A stretch of 64,000 nucleotides of DNA, taken from a bacterium (GTDB lineage: Bacteria; UBA8248). The notes under the pieces were generated by a model that ran no database searches, had not been told where the DNA came from, and was given only the letters and a program-made list of their open reading frames with translations. Both the position numbers and the translations under genes were made by a program. Shown one piece after another: positions 55,252-64,000 of the stretch. The DNA is taken from contig OZ241996.1 of the NCBI GenBank assembly GCA_965204535.1, forward strand, positions 1,472,001 through 1,536,000, given 5' to 3'. How positions within the stretch are numbered: the stretch's first letter is position 1; every line of letters starts with the position of its first letter.

Positions 55252-57039
55252 ATGTTTCTCCATGAGCGAGACGTCTTGAGCTGGAAAAATTTTCGCATAC
55301 GGCTTCTCGGCTGGCTGCTCCATTTCGATTTCTCGGACGACGGCATCTTCTACTTCACGACCATCATCGTGGGGGCGTTGGCCGGGTTCGTCGCCGTCTG
55401 TTTTCACGTCGCGCTGGGCTGGGCGCACCTCGTTCTCTTCGGCTCCCATGACCTCTCCGAGATTCACCGGGCCTGGTATTTGGTGGCGCTCATCCCCGCG
55501 GGGGGCGCATTCATCTCCGCAGTCTTCCTCCAGTATTTCGCGCCCGAAGCCCGGGGCAGCGGCATCCCGCAGACGAAAATCGCGTACGTCGCCCACAACG
55601 GCCACATCGACAAGCGCGTGTGGATAAGCAAGTTCCTCATCGGGGTGCTCAACATCGGCTCCGGTTCGAGCCTGGGGCGTGAAGGCCCCACCGTGCAGAT
55701 ATGCTCGGGCGCGGCGAGCTGGATAGGCGAGACGTTCTCGCTGAAAAGACGCCGCGTGCAGGCGCTCGTCCCCGTGGGCTGCGCCGCCGCTCTGGCCGCC
55801 GCGTTCAACACGCCGATAGCGGCCGTCACCTTCACCCTGGAAGAACTCGTGGGCGACCTGAACGCGCGGGTACTCGGCTCCATCGTGTTCGCGGCGGTGT
55901 CCGCCTCGGTCGTCTCGCGCGCCATGCTCGGCAACGAACCTGTTTTCTCCGTGCCGGCCTATGCGCTGGACAGCTCTCTCGAACTGTTCCTCTACGCCTT
56001 CGTCGGCGTGGTATGCGCGCTCGTGGGCGTGGCGTTCATCAAGGGGCTGCTGTTCATCCGCTCGGGGTGGAAACGCCTGCGAGGGTTCCGCGGCGTCATC
56101 GCCACCGGTCTCGGCGGTCTGTTCGTGGGCGTGGTCGGGGTCTGGGTTCCCGAGGTGTTCGCGGTGGGATACCCCGCCGTGAGCAAGGCGCTCACGCACA
56201 GCTACACGCTGCCTTTTCTCTTGTCCCTGCTCGTCTTGAAGCTCATCGCCACCGCGGTATCTTACGGGACCGGCTCTCTGGGCGGCATCTTCGCGCCGAC
56301 GCTGTTCATGGGCGCGATGGCGGGCGGCGCCGTGGCGTCTCTCGCCGAGTTCGCCTTTCCCGGCTTCGTGGCCCATCCGGGCGGATACGCGCTCGTGGGC
56401 ATGGGCGCGGCCTTCGCGGCCGTCATCCGCGCGCCCATGACGTCGGTGCTCATCATCTTCGAACTCACGCAGGACTACAACATCATTCTCGCGCTCATGG
56501 TGGCCAACGCCATATCGCTCTCTCTGGCGCGCTACTGGCACCCCGAGCCGATTTACAGCGCTCTCTCCTCACAGGACGGCGTCGCCCTGCCCGACCACGA
56601 GACGGAGCACCTCCTGCACGAGATTCACGTATCGGACGCCATGATCAGCGGCGTCATCACCCTGCCCGAGGACATCACGATACAAGAGGCTATCGAGAGA
56701 ACGAGAGGGAGCGCCATCACCGGATATCCCGTCCTGAACGCAAGCGGGAAGCTCTCCGGCATGGCGAGCAACTATGACTTCAGCCAGGCGCAGGCCGCCG
56801 GCATTCTGCAAAGCCCCCTGAGAGAGATTGCGAAGAAGAAATACATCATGCACGCGCACCCGGACCAGTCGCTCGATTCGGTGATGGCGAAACTCGGCGA
56901 CAGGCGCATCTCGCGCCTGCCCGTGGTGAGCCGCGAGGACCCGACCGAACTTCTGGGAATCATCACCGCCGAGGACGTGATCCACGCCTTCGGCAAGGTG
57001 TGGCACGGGCAGGAACACCACCAGCACGACACCGACTAA
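55252..57039 (+). CDS. ClC-family Cl-/H+ antiporter with CBS domains
   Basis: GSGIP, GREGP, FTLEE, GIFAP and PIY; two C-terminal CBS repeats. Confidence 0.92.
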   Translation: MFLHERDVLSWKNFRIRLLGWLLHFDFSDDGIFYFTTIIVGALAGFVAVCFHVALGWAHLVLFGSHDLSEIHRAWYLVALIPAGGAFISAVFLQYFAPEARGSGIPQTKIAYVAHNGHIDKRVWISKFLIGVLNIGSGSSLGREGPTVQICSGAASWIGETFSLKRRRVQALVPVGCAAALAAAFNTPIAAVTFTLEELVGDLNARVLGSIVFAAVSASVVSRAMLGNEPVFSVPAYALDSSLELFLYAFVGVVCALVGVAFIKGLLFIRSGWKRLRGFRGVIATGLGGLFVGVVGVWVPEVFAVGYPAVSKALTHSYTLPFLLSLLVLKLIATAVSYGTGSLGGIFAPTLFMGAMAGGAVASLAEFAFPGFVAHPGGYALVGMGAAFAAVIRAPMTSVLIIFELTQDYNIILALMVANAISLSLARYWHPEPIYSALSSQDGVALPDHETEHLLHEIHVSDAMISGVITLPEDITIQEAIERTRGSAITGYPVLNASGKLSGMASNYDFSQAQAAGILQSPLREIAKKKYIMHAHPDQSLDSVMAKLGDRRISRLPVVSREDPTELLGIITAEDVIHAFGKVWHGQEHHQHDTD

Positions 57040-57176
57040 GCGCCGCTTCCCAAACGCTTTGCAGATGAAGCGAATATTTTAATATGATGAACCCGGAGAA
57101 ACCCTTCGCTCCATACCCGGGAGGAGCACACTTCCGGCAAGGAGGAACCCGGCATCGGAGTGCCGGAAACGACAAG

Positions 57177-57857
57177 ATGAGCACGCAACATCTGACCATC
57201 CTGCCCTCAAGCGGCCAGCCGACCTGGCTGAAAAAGATTTTCCAGGCCGGATTCCGGCTCGCTTTCGGCGGCGTCGACGTCCAGGGCATGCGCAACGTGC
57301 CGCCCGGCGGCCCGCTGATCGTCGCCTCGAACCATCGCAGCTATCTCGACCCCGTGATCCTCGCCTCCTTCCTGCCGAGGCGGGTGCACCACATGGCCAA
57401 GCGCGAGTTGTTCCGCAATCCACTGTTCGCGAGGCTCATCACCTACTTCGGGGCCTTTCCGGTGGATCGGGAAGGAACAGCGCGCGCCAGCACCTTCCGG
57501 ATGGCGCGCACACTCCTGGGTCTGGGCGGAGCGGTGGTGATTTTCCCCGAGGGCGGCATCGTGAATTCGATCGCCGAGATGGGCGTGAAAGAAGGCGTCG
57601 CCACCCTCTCCGCCATCAGCCGCGCGCCCGTTCTCCCGGTCTATATCGCAGGGTCGAATACGCTGATCAGCCCGCGGGGGATACTGAATCCCTGGCTCGT
57701 CATTCGGGTGGGCGAACCCATCTCGCCGCTGCACGGGAAGAACGGCAGGGAGTACCGCCGGGAATTCGCCCAGAGCATCTTCGACGCGATCCTGAAACTC
57801 GAGGCAGATTTTCTGGCCTCGCGGCAGGGGAAGAAACAGGCGGGGCGAGGCGCGTAG
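57177..57857 (+). CDS. plsC: 1-acyl-sn-glycerol-3-phosphate acyltransferase
   Basis: NHRSYLD, MAK.ELF, FPVDR and FPEG. Confidence 0.85.
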   Translation: MSTQHLTILPSSGQPTWLKKIFQAGFRLAFGGVDVQGMRNVPPGGPLIVASNHRSYLDPVILASFLPRRVHHMAKRELFRNPLFARLITYFGAFPVDREGTARASTFRMARTLLGLGGAVVIFPEGGIVNSIAEMGVKEGVATLSAISRAPVLPVYIAGSNTLISPRGILNPWLVIRVGEPISPLHGKNGREYRREFAQSIFDAILKLEADFLASRQGKKQAGRGA

Positions 57858-57928
57858 CAGGCGATTGAAATTTCAGGTGCGAGGGCTTTGTTTTGTTGCA
57901 ATCCGGCTGTTGCTGATCCCGACCGGTA

Positions 57929-58374
57929 GGAGGTTGTTGAAAAAGTCCTGCGCACCCCTCGAATGGAGGCCGTAGGGGTCAGACATATATGTCTGACCCT
58001 GTGGCCGCCCGTCGGTCGTATTCACCTCGATATAGGAAGGGCACGAGAACCACGGACAGGCACGGGGGCCTGTCCCTACGGATACCTGGTCGACATTGAC
58101 CGCCGCCGGAATGACGAACGAAAACTTCTCGGCAAACGGGAAATTGCCGTGTAGGGGTCGCATACATGCGACCCGCCCCGCGGACACAAAACCAGGGCCG
58201 CATATATGCGGCCCCTACAAAACCATCGTATCCCCACCGCTTGAGAGGGCCTTTTCAACAGCCCTGACAAGGGGGGGTAGGGGGGTTGCCTTTCCAGTCC
58301 GAGAGTGCATCCTTCGATACGGCGCTTGCGCGCCTATTCAGGATGAGGTGGATAGGGCTTTTCCAACAGCCCCG
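57929..58374. repeat. Nested MITE-like ends with GTAG-REP hairpins
   Basis: GGTTGTTGAAAAAGTCC (~57932), GGGCCTTTTCAACAGCCC (~58247) and GGGCTTTTCCAACAGCCCC (~58356); REPs at 57972-57999, 58054-58080 and 58150-58219. Confidence 0.8.
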
Positions 58375-58442
58375 ACAGGGCCAATCGGCTGAAAGACCCG
58401 CCCGGGGCCGTGGACTCCCGCCCACGGCCCCGGCGGAGCATC

Positions 58443-59789
58443 CTAGAAGCTATACACAAAACCCAACTGCAGGCGCGTCGCGTCGCCCTCCTCGCCGCGG
58501 TTCGTCTCGCGCCAGCCCTGAATGATCTCCGCACCAATCCTCGTCTTGGGCGCGGGTGACCACCAGACGTTGGCGTGCAGCGTCTGGAGCGACTGGCTGA
58601 GGGCCGGATACACCGCCTTGGCGGCATCTTCAAAATCGTTCTCCACCCAGCCGTAATACAGGCCTGAACTCACGGAGCCGCTCCAGTTGTGCGTGATGCC
58701 GACGAAACCGCCCATGGAATCCAGCGCCTCCAGCTCGTTGTTCGCCCCCAGAATGGCGGCGGCGGAAGCCCCGAGCATGGATTTATCCAATCCGCCTGCG
58801 CCGACGTTGAACGTGCCCCACAGGCGGGTGTCCTTGCCCAAGCCGATGTTCGCGCCGAGGTGGAGGGCGGAGATCGTGACGCTTTCTTCCACCGCGCCAC
58901 TTTCGTAGAGAACCTGCCCCAGCAACCCCGACACGTTTATGGCGCCCCAACTCGTTTTCAGGCGCAGAGCAGCTACAAGATTCGGCAACCGCTCCTGTGA
59001 GGACTTCGTGAGGAAATCCGGTTCACCGGCCTCCCCCCTTTTTGGATTGTTAGTCAGAATAGTCGGGGCGTTTGGATCCTCGAGCGCGACCTGCATTGTG
59101 AGGTTCTTTCCCATGGCCTGGGAGTAGCGGACTTGTGGCCGGCGCGTGGCGATCACGCCCACCGGGCCTTCGAAATCGATCGTATCGGCGTAGGTGTTTT
59201 CATCCATCAACGTCGTCCAGGTCTGGCCCGCCAGCACCCCGCCCAAAGAGGCGTAGGCATGACGCAGGCGCAGTGCGTTGCCGCCGCCGTAGAAATCGGT
59301 TTCGATCCGTGTCTTGAGCCCGCCCATTTTCGTCGACGTCAGGCTGTCGAAGCGGAGGCGCGTCTGCCTGGCGTGCAGGGAGGCTTTGCGCTGACCACTG
59401 TCATCGCCCTCCAGGAGAATGCCGCTCGCGCCGCCTCCCCAGTCATAGCCGAAAAAGGAATCGCCCAGATCCTGGTCGAGATCGTAGATGGCGTCGAGTT
59501 TCACGTAGCCGCTGAACGAGACGGAAGTGTTCGATCCCGGCATCTTCCAGGAACCCGGAAAGTCGCCGGTGGCCACGGCCTTTTTCTGGGCGGCTTCCTG
59601 GGCGGCCATCATATCGGCCTTCATCTTCTTCTCCCGGGCTTCGAGAGCTTCGAGCCGCTCCATGAGCGCCTTGATCTGCGCCTTGAGATCGTCTATCTCG
59701 CCTCCGGCGGCCGGCGCGGCGAACAACGCCAAGGCCGTTACACACCCAAGAAGCGCCAAACCGAAACGATTTGCCCGATTTCTCTTCAT
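58443..59789 (-). CDS. DcaP-family outer-membrane porin
   Basis: Signal peptide, N-terminal coiled coil, GYVKLD, ETDF, RLRHAY, GQTW, R.PQ.RY and C-terminal YSF. Confidence 0.85.
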   Translation of the reverse strand: MKRNRANRFGLALLGCVTALALFAAPAAGGEIDDLKAQIKALMERLEALEAREKKMKADMMAAQEAAQKKAVATGDFPGSWKMPGSNTSVSFSGYVKLDAIYDLDQDLGDSFFGYDWGGGASGILLEGDDSGQRKASLHARQTRLRFDSLTSTKMGGLKTRIETDFYGGGNALRLRHAYASLGGVLAGQTWTTLMDENTYADTIDFEGPVGVIATRRPQVRYSQAMGKNLTMQVALEDPNAPTILTNNPKRGEAGEPDFLTKSSQERLPNLVAALRLKTSWGAINVSGLLGQVLYESGAVEESVTISALHLGANIGLGKDTRLWGTFNVGAGGLDKSMLGASAAAILGANNELEALDSMGGFVGITHNWSGSVSSGLYYGWVENDFEDAAKAVYPALSQSLQTLHANVWWSPAPKTRIGAEIIQGWRETNRGEEGDATRLQLGFVYSF

Positions 59790-60010
59790 ATCTCTCTCCC
59801 CCGTGAGAAGTTCTGCAAAAGGCGTCCTGTACATGATGAGGCGATTGCACACACAACCACCTCTTCGGGTTATATGTATTCCTTGTCGAGCGAATAATCG
59901 GGTGGATGCCTCGCCCATCCCTACCCGAGGGCGCAATCAAGCATATTTATGAACAGTAGTATCCCACATCAATCCTCAAAATTCGAGAAAAAAGACCGAG
60001 GCCGCCAGGG

Positions 60011-60877
60011 TCAGGACGCGCCCAGGGCCTTCAGGATGGTTCGACGAACCAGAACGGGCGTCACCTGCCGCCTGTAATCGCTGCTGGCGCGGATATCGGT
60101 CAGAGGCTCCAGGTCATCGAGCGTGTCCGCGAGTACGGCGTCGATGTTCTCCTGGTTGAGTTCCTCCCCCCGGAGGCCCTCTTCCGCCGCCGTGAGACGC
60201 CTGAATACGGCCTCCACGCCGCCCAGGCCGATCCTCGCTTCTTTTGCAGTCTTGCCGTCTTCTTCGGTGAGCACCGCCGTGGAGACGGATACGCAGGGCT
60301 TGTCCTCTTTCGAGCGCGTGGTGAAGCGCGTGCACGCCGTCCGGAAGCCGTCCGGCAGCGGGTCGACCTCTATCGAGCACAGCAATTCATCCTCTTCCAG
60401 CGCGCATTCGTAATAGCCCGTCCAGAACTCCGCCGCGGGAATCACGCGCTCCGTTCCGTCCGCCTTCCTGGCGTTCATCCGGGCCTCGAGAGCCAGAAAC
60501 GCGCCCGGGGGATCGGAGGCCGGCTCCGCAAAGCACAGGTTGCCGCCCACCGTCCCCTGGTTTCGGATGCGAATGGTCGCCACGTTGTGGAAGATTTCCG
60601 CAAGCAGCGGGAATCGCTCCTGCACGAGCGGGGAGGTTTCGATCTTGCGGTGCACCGTCTTCGCCCCGATGCGGAGGCCGCCGTTGTCGGTTCCTTCGAT
60701 GAAATCCAGATCCCCCGCGCCCGCGATGTCAATCAACACCTCGGGTTCGTATACCCGCGATTTCATGAGGATCGAGAGGGCCACGCCGCCGGCGAACACT
60801 TTCCCGTCCTCGCCGTGCTCCTTCAGGGCGGCGAGCGTTTCCTCCGCGCTGTTCGCGGGTAGATGCCGAAAAGCCAT
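60011..60877 (-). CDS. Xanthine-dehydrogenase-family FAD subunit
   Basis: AGG..L, IRNQGTVGGN....PASD and DIRASSDYR. Confidence 0.9.
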   Translation of the reverse strand: MAFRHLPANSAEETLAALKEHGEDGKVFAGGVALSILMKSRVYEPEVLIDIAGAGDLDFIEGTDNGGLRIGAKTVHRKIETSPLVQERFPLLAEIFHNVATIRIRNQGTVGGNLCFAEPASDPPGAFLALEARMNARKADGTERVIPAAEFWTGYYECALEEDELLCSIEVDPLPDGFRTACTRFTTRSKEDKPCVSVSTAVLTEEDGKTAKEARIGLGGVEAVFRRLTAAEEGLRGEELNQENIDAVLADTLDDLEPLTDIRASSDYRRQVTPVLVRRTILKALGAS

Positions 60878-60896
60878 TTTTTCTCCCCTCTCCTCG

Positions 60897-63182
60897 TTAT
60901 TCGCCGTTTTTCTCGTTGAGCGCGGTCAGCACCTTCTCCGGCGTTATCGGCAGCGACGTGATCCGCACGCCGACGGCGTCGTAGATCGCGTTGCCTATCG
61001 CCGCCGAGGTTCCCAGCTGCGCCATCTCACCCAGCCCCTTTGCGCCGAAAGGCCCTGAGGGATTCTCCGTCTCGATGAGCACCGCCTCGAGCTCGGGCAA
61101 ATCCTGGGTGGTGGGCAGCTTGTAATCGAGCCAGTTCGGATTCACCGGCTGGCCGTCTTCGACCTCGAAATCCTCCATCATGGCGTAGCCCACGCCCATG
61201 ACCGCGCCGCCGTCCAACTGACCCTGCGCGCCGGCGGGATTCACGATGGTTCCGCAGTCGTTCGTGCTGATGACGCGCAACACCTCGAACGCGCCGGTCT
61301 CGGTGTCCACTTCCACCTCGGCCACCTTCGCGCCGTATGCGTAGGCCGCGGACCAGTTCCCGTAGCCCGTCACGGGGTCGGGCGTCTCGCTCGGCGAGTC
61401 GTACGAAGACGCCGTGTAGACGGCCTCGCTGCCCTCTTTCTCGTATATCTTCATGTAGGCTTCGCTGTGGGTCACCTGCCGCTCGGGAGAGCTGGTGACG
61501 AAAATCCTGCCCTCGCGGGCGTCCAGGTCGTTCGGGTCGCACTCGAGCAATTCCGCCGCGCCCTTGAAGAGCATGTTCCTCGCCTGGACCGACGCCAGGC
61601 GCGTGGCCTCGCCGTCGATGGTCGTCGTGCGGCTTCCGCGCACGCCCCACCCGTAGGGGTTCACCGCGGTATCGCCGTTGATGATCCGCACGTCTTCCAC
61701 GCGTACCCCGATCGCCTCGGCGCAAATCTGCGCCAGCGTGGTGTCCGAGCCGTTGCCCATCTCGATGGTCCCCGAGAGCAACTGCACGGTGCCGTCCTTG
61801 TTCATCTTGATGAACGCGCCCGCCGTCTCCGGCCCCATCGCGCGCGCGCCGGTGAAGTGAACCGCAGCGGCCAGCCCGTAGCCGCGCCTTTTCCCGTTGC
61901 TGCCCGGCTGCTTCTGCCTCCAGGGCACGCGCTTGACCGCCTCCTCCACGCATTCGGAAACGCCGCAACTGGTGATCTTGGCCCCGATGATGGTGGTGTC
62001 GCCCTTTTTCACGAAGTTCTTGATGCGAAACTCCGCCGGGTCCATGCCGATCTCCTCGGCGTGTTTCTCCATGGCGAGTTCGGAGCCGAACGCATAGCCG
62101 GCGTTGCCGATTCCGCGCATCGCGCCGCCGGGCGGCACGTTCGTGCAGACCACGTCGGCGTGGTGGCGATAGGCCTTGTAGTTGTAGATGCTCCCGCCCA
62201 TGTGGGCCGTGATGCCGCCGACCGCCGGGCCGTAATCCGAATAGCCGCCGTTTTCCACCACCATCTTGGTGTCGCGCGCGAGCAGCATGCCGTCCTTGTC
62301 GGTGGCGATGCGCCACACGTGAAACTGCTTCGTCCGGTGGGTGCCCAGGAGGAACTCCTCTTCGCGCGTGTAGTAGAATTTCACGGGGCGGTCCAGCATC
62401 TTCGCCGCGATGATGGAGAGGAAATCGATGTTGAACTTGCTCGTCGCCTTGCCGCCGAAACCCCCGCCCACGTAGTTCGTGATCACGCGAATCTGGGCCT
62501 CGGGAATCTTCAGGAGTTTCGCGAAATACTGGCTCGAAAGACTCGGGCACTGCGAGGAGTTGTAAACCGTCACGTCGCCTTTGCGCGACCATTCGGCGAT
62601 GGAGACGTGCGCCTCCAGGGAGCCGTGCATCTGGCGTGAGGAGGAAGTGGCCAACTCGCTCACGTGGTGGGCCTCGTCGAACATGCGGTCCACGTCGCCG
62701 AATTCCATATGCTTGGTGAAGGCGATGTTGTTCGGGTACCTGTCGTGGATGACGGGGGCGCCCTCTTCCATCGCTTCTCTCGGGTCGAAGACGGCGGGAA
62801 GCTCCTCGTAGTCGACGTCGATCAGATCGAGCGCTTCCACCGCGATGTCTTCTGAAGTCGCCACGACGGCCGCCACCGAGTCGCCCACGTGGCGCACCTT
62901 GTCCGAGGCGAGGGGACGCTGGTCGTAGCAAACGGGCACGACGCCCCACTCCACGCCCTCGGGGATATCCTTGTACGTCAATATGCGCTTGACGCCGGGG
63001 AGCTTCTCGGCCCGGCTGGTGTCGATGTTCTTGATCCGCGCGTGCGGCAGGGGACTCCCCAGCAGCCTGCCGTGGAGCATTTTGGGCAACTGCAGGTCCA
63101 GGGTGAACATGGCCCGGCCCGTTACCTTTTCCGGCCCATCGACGCGCGGTACGCTTTTCCCGATGTATGAGAGTTCAGCCAT
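60897..63182 (-). CDS. Xanthine-dehydrogenase-family molybdopterin-binding large subunit
   Basis: KVTG.A.F..D, VGGGFGGK, GAMRGIG, GSRTT, GQLDGG..MG and GP.GAKGLGE. Confidence 0.92.
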   Translation of the reverse strand: MAELSYIGKSVPRVDGPEKVTGRAMFTLDLQLPKMLHGRLLGSPLPHARIKNIDTSRAEKLPGVKRILTYKDIPEGVEWGVVPVCYDQRPLASDKVRHVGDSVAAVVATSEDIAVEALDLIDVDYEELPAVFDPREAMEEGAPVIHDRYPNNIAFTKHMEFGDVDRMFDEAHHVSELATSSSRQMHGSLEAHVSIAEWSRKGDVTVYNSSQCPSLSSQYFAKLLKIPEAQIRVITNYVGGGFGGKATSKFNIDFLSIIAAKMLDRPVKFYYTREEEFLLGTHRTKQFHVWRIATDKDGMLLARDTKMVVENGGYSDYGPAVGGITAHMGGSIYNYKAYRHHADVVCTNVPPGGAMRGIGNAGYAFGSELAMEKHAEEIGMDPAEFRIKNFVKKGDTTIIGAKITSCGVSECVEEAVKRVPWRQKQPGSNGKRRGYGLAAAVHFTGARAMGPETAGAFIKMNKDGTVQLLSGTIEMGNGSDTTLAQICAEAIGVRVEDVRIINGDTAVNPYGWGVRGSRTTTIDGEATRLASVQARNMLFKGAAELLECDPNDLDAREGRIFVTSSPERQVTHSEAYMKIYEKEGSEAVYTASSYDSPSETPDPVTGYGNWSAAYAYGAKVAEVEVDTETGAFEVLRVISTNDCGTIVNPAGAQGQLDGGAVMGVGYAMMEDFEVEDGQPVNPNWLDYKLPTTQDLPELEAVLIETENPSGPFGAKGLGEMAQLGTSAAIGNAIYDAVGVRITSLPITPEKVLTALNEKNGE

Positions 63183-63525
63183 CACAACCTCCACTCGTTA
63201 GCGGCGCCGAACCGCATGCCGCAGGGCGTTTTTATGTTCTTATCCTTTGTTTGATTTTCGAATGAATAGACCATCCCCCCATCGCCATCCCCTCGGGACT
63301 CGGCAGAACGCGACGGTATTTCGCTTGCTTTCGATTCTCGCATTATAACAACACGAAGGAGAAAACAAAACATCAAAAATCGACGCGGAGAGGCTCCTTG
63401 CGCCATTCCGGGGAACCCCTCCCTCCCGCTTTCTCCCCTTCGGTTTGTGGTGTATCATCCGCCGTACTGAAACCGGAAAATAAACTTTCGAAACATCCCG
63501 CAAACACCAGAACTGGAGTATCGTA

Positions 63526-64000
63526 ATGCCCATTCGTTTTGATTTTCAGGGCCGAAAGGTCATTCTCACGGGCGCGGCGGGCGCGATGGGAAGCCGCATC
63601 CTGCAGGGATACATCGAGGCCGGCGCCAAAGTTTTCGCCACCGACAGGGAAGGCCCGGCGTTCGACGCCATCGAAGGCCCGTCCGATCAGCTCTTCAAGC
63701 TCCCCTGCGACCTGGCCGACGTGGACGCCATCCGCACCACCATGCGCGCGGCGCTCGAATGGCTGGGCGGCTGCGACGTGCTGGCGAACGTGGCCGGCTA
63801 CATGCCGATTCGCCCGCCGATGGAACTCGAAGAAGACGACTGGAACGTCGTGCTGAACGTGAACCTGCTGGCGCCCTATTTCTGCATCCAGGAGACCATC
63901 GAGGCGCTCAAGGCCTCGGGAACGGGGCGCATCGTCAGCTTCGCGTCCATCGCGGGGAAAATGGGGGGTATCGGCCCCAATCTCACCTACTCCGCCGCCA
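63526..64000 (+). CDS. Short-chain dehydrogenase/reductase, 3'-truncated by the window edge
   Basis: GGAG RBS; MPIRFDFQGRKVILTGAAGAMG, NVAG, W.....VNL, GRIV..ASI and start of YSAA(K). Confidence 0.85.
   Translation, partial: MPIRFDFQGRKVILTGAAGAMGSRILQGYIEAGAKVFATDREGPAFDAIEGPSDQLFKLPCDLADVDAIRTTMRAALEWLGGCDVLANVAGYMPIRPPMELEEDDWNVVLNVNLLAPYFCIQETIEALKASGTGRIVSFASIAGKMGGIGPNLTYSAA

Noticed and set aside
60897-63182. 4-hydroxybenzoyl-CoA reductase alpha subunit call based on GAMRG
   Set aside because: The partner FAD subunit is short with no Cys-rich 4Fe-4S insertion, so only a family-level call is supported.

Overview
GC-rich bacterial chromosomal window, mostly housekeeping and catabolic genes: partial glnE, pckA, ygfZ, mtaB, a GlnA2-like glnA behind a GlnR-like regulator, meaB, acyl-CoA dehydrogenase, crotonase, thiolase, ccsA-hemA-hemC-hemD-hemB, pyrD-pyrK, a ClC antiporter, plsC, a DcaP-like porin, a NitT/TauT ABC system, two incomplete molybdenum-hydroxylase operons and tRNA-Gly(GCC). 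The gene mix suggests a Gram-negative, deep-branching lineage such as Nitrospinota/Tectomicrobia, but that is inference only. Features the ORF track misses: (1) a DsbA/FrnE-like gene whose active site reads SDFL-TGA-PWC, a probable UxxC selenoprotein; (2) a 1.5-kb non-autonomous element with IS256-like remnants, carrying a vapBC-type TA pair and flanked by an 8-bp direct repeat; (3) an MntA-HepT TA cassette between a thiolase gene and a synonymously diverged copy of its 3' end; (4) a small basic protein followed by a truncated GYHGC ORF, possibly a fourth TA pair; (5) nests of GTAG-REP hairpins inside MITE-like GTTGAAAA...TTTTCAAC ends; (6) two genes that appear to start at CTG and ATC. No CRISPR array, prophage or intact transposase was seen. 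All family assignments come from motif recognition, not database searches.
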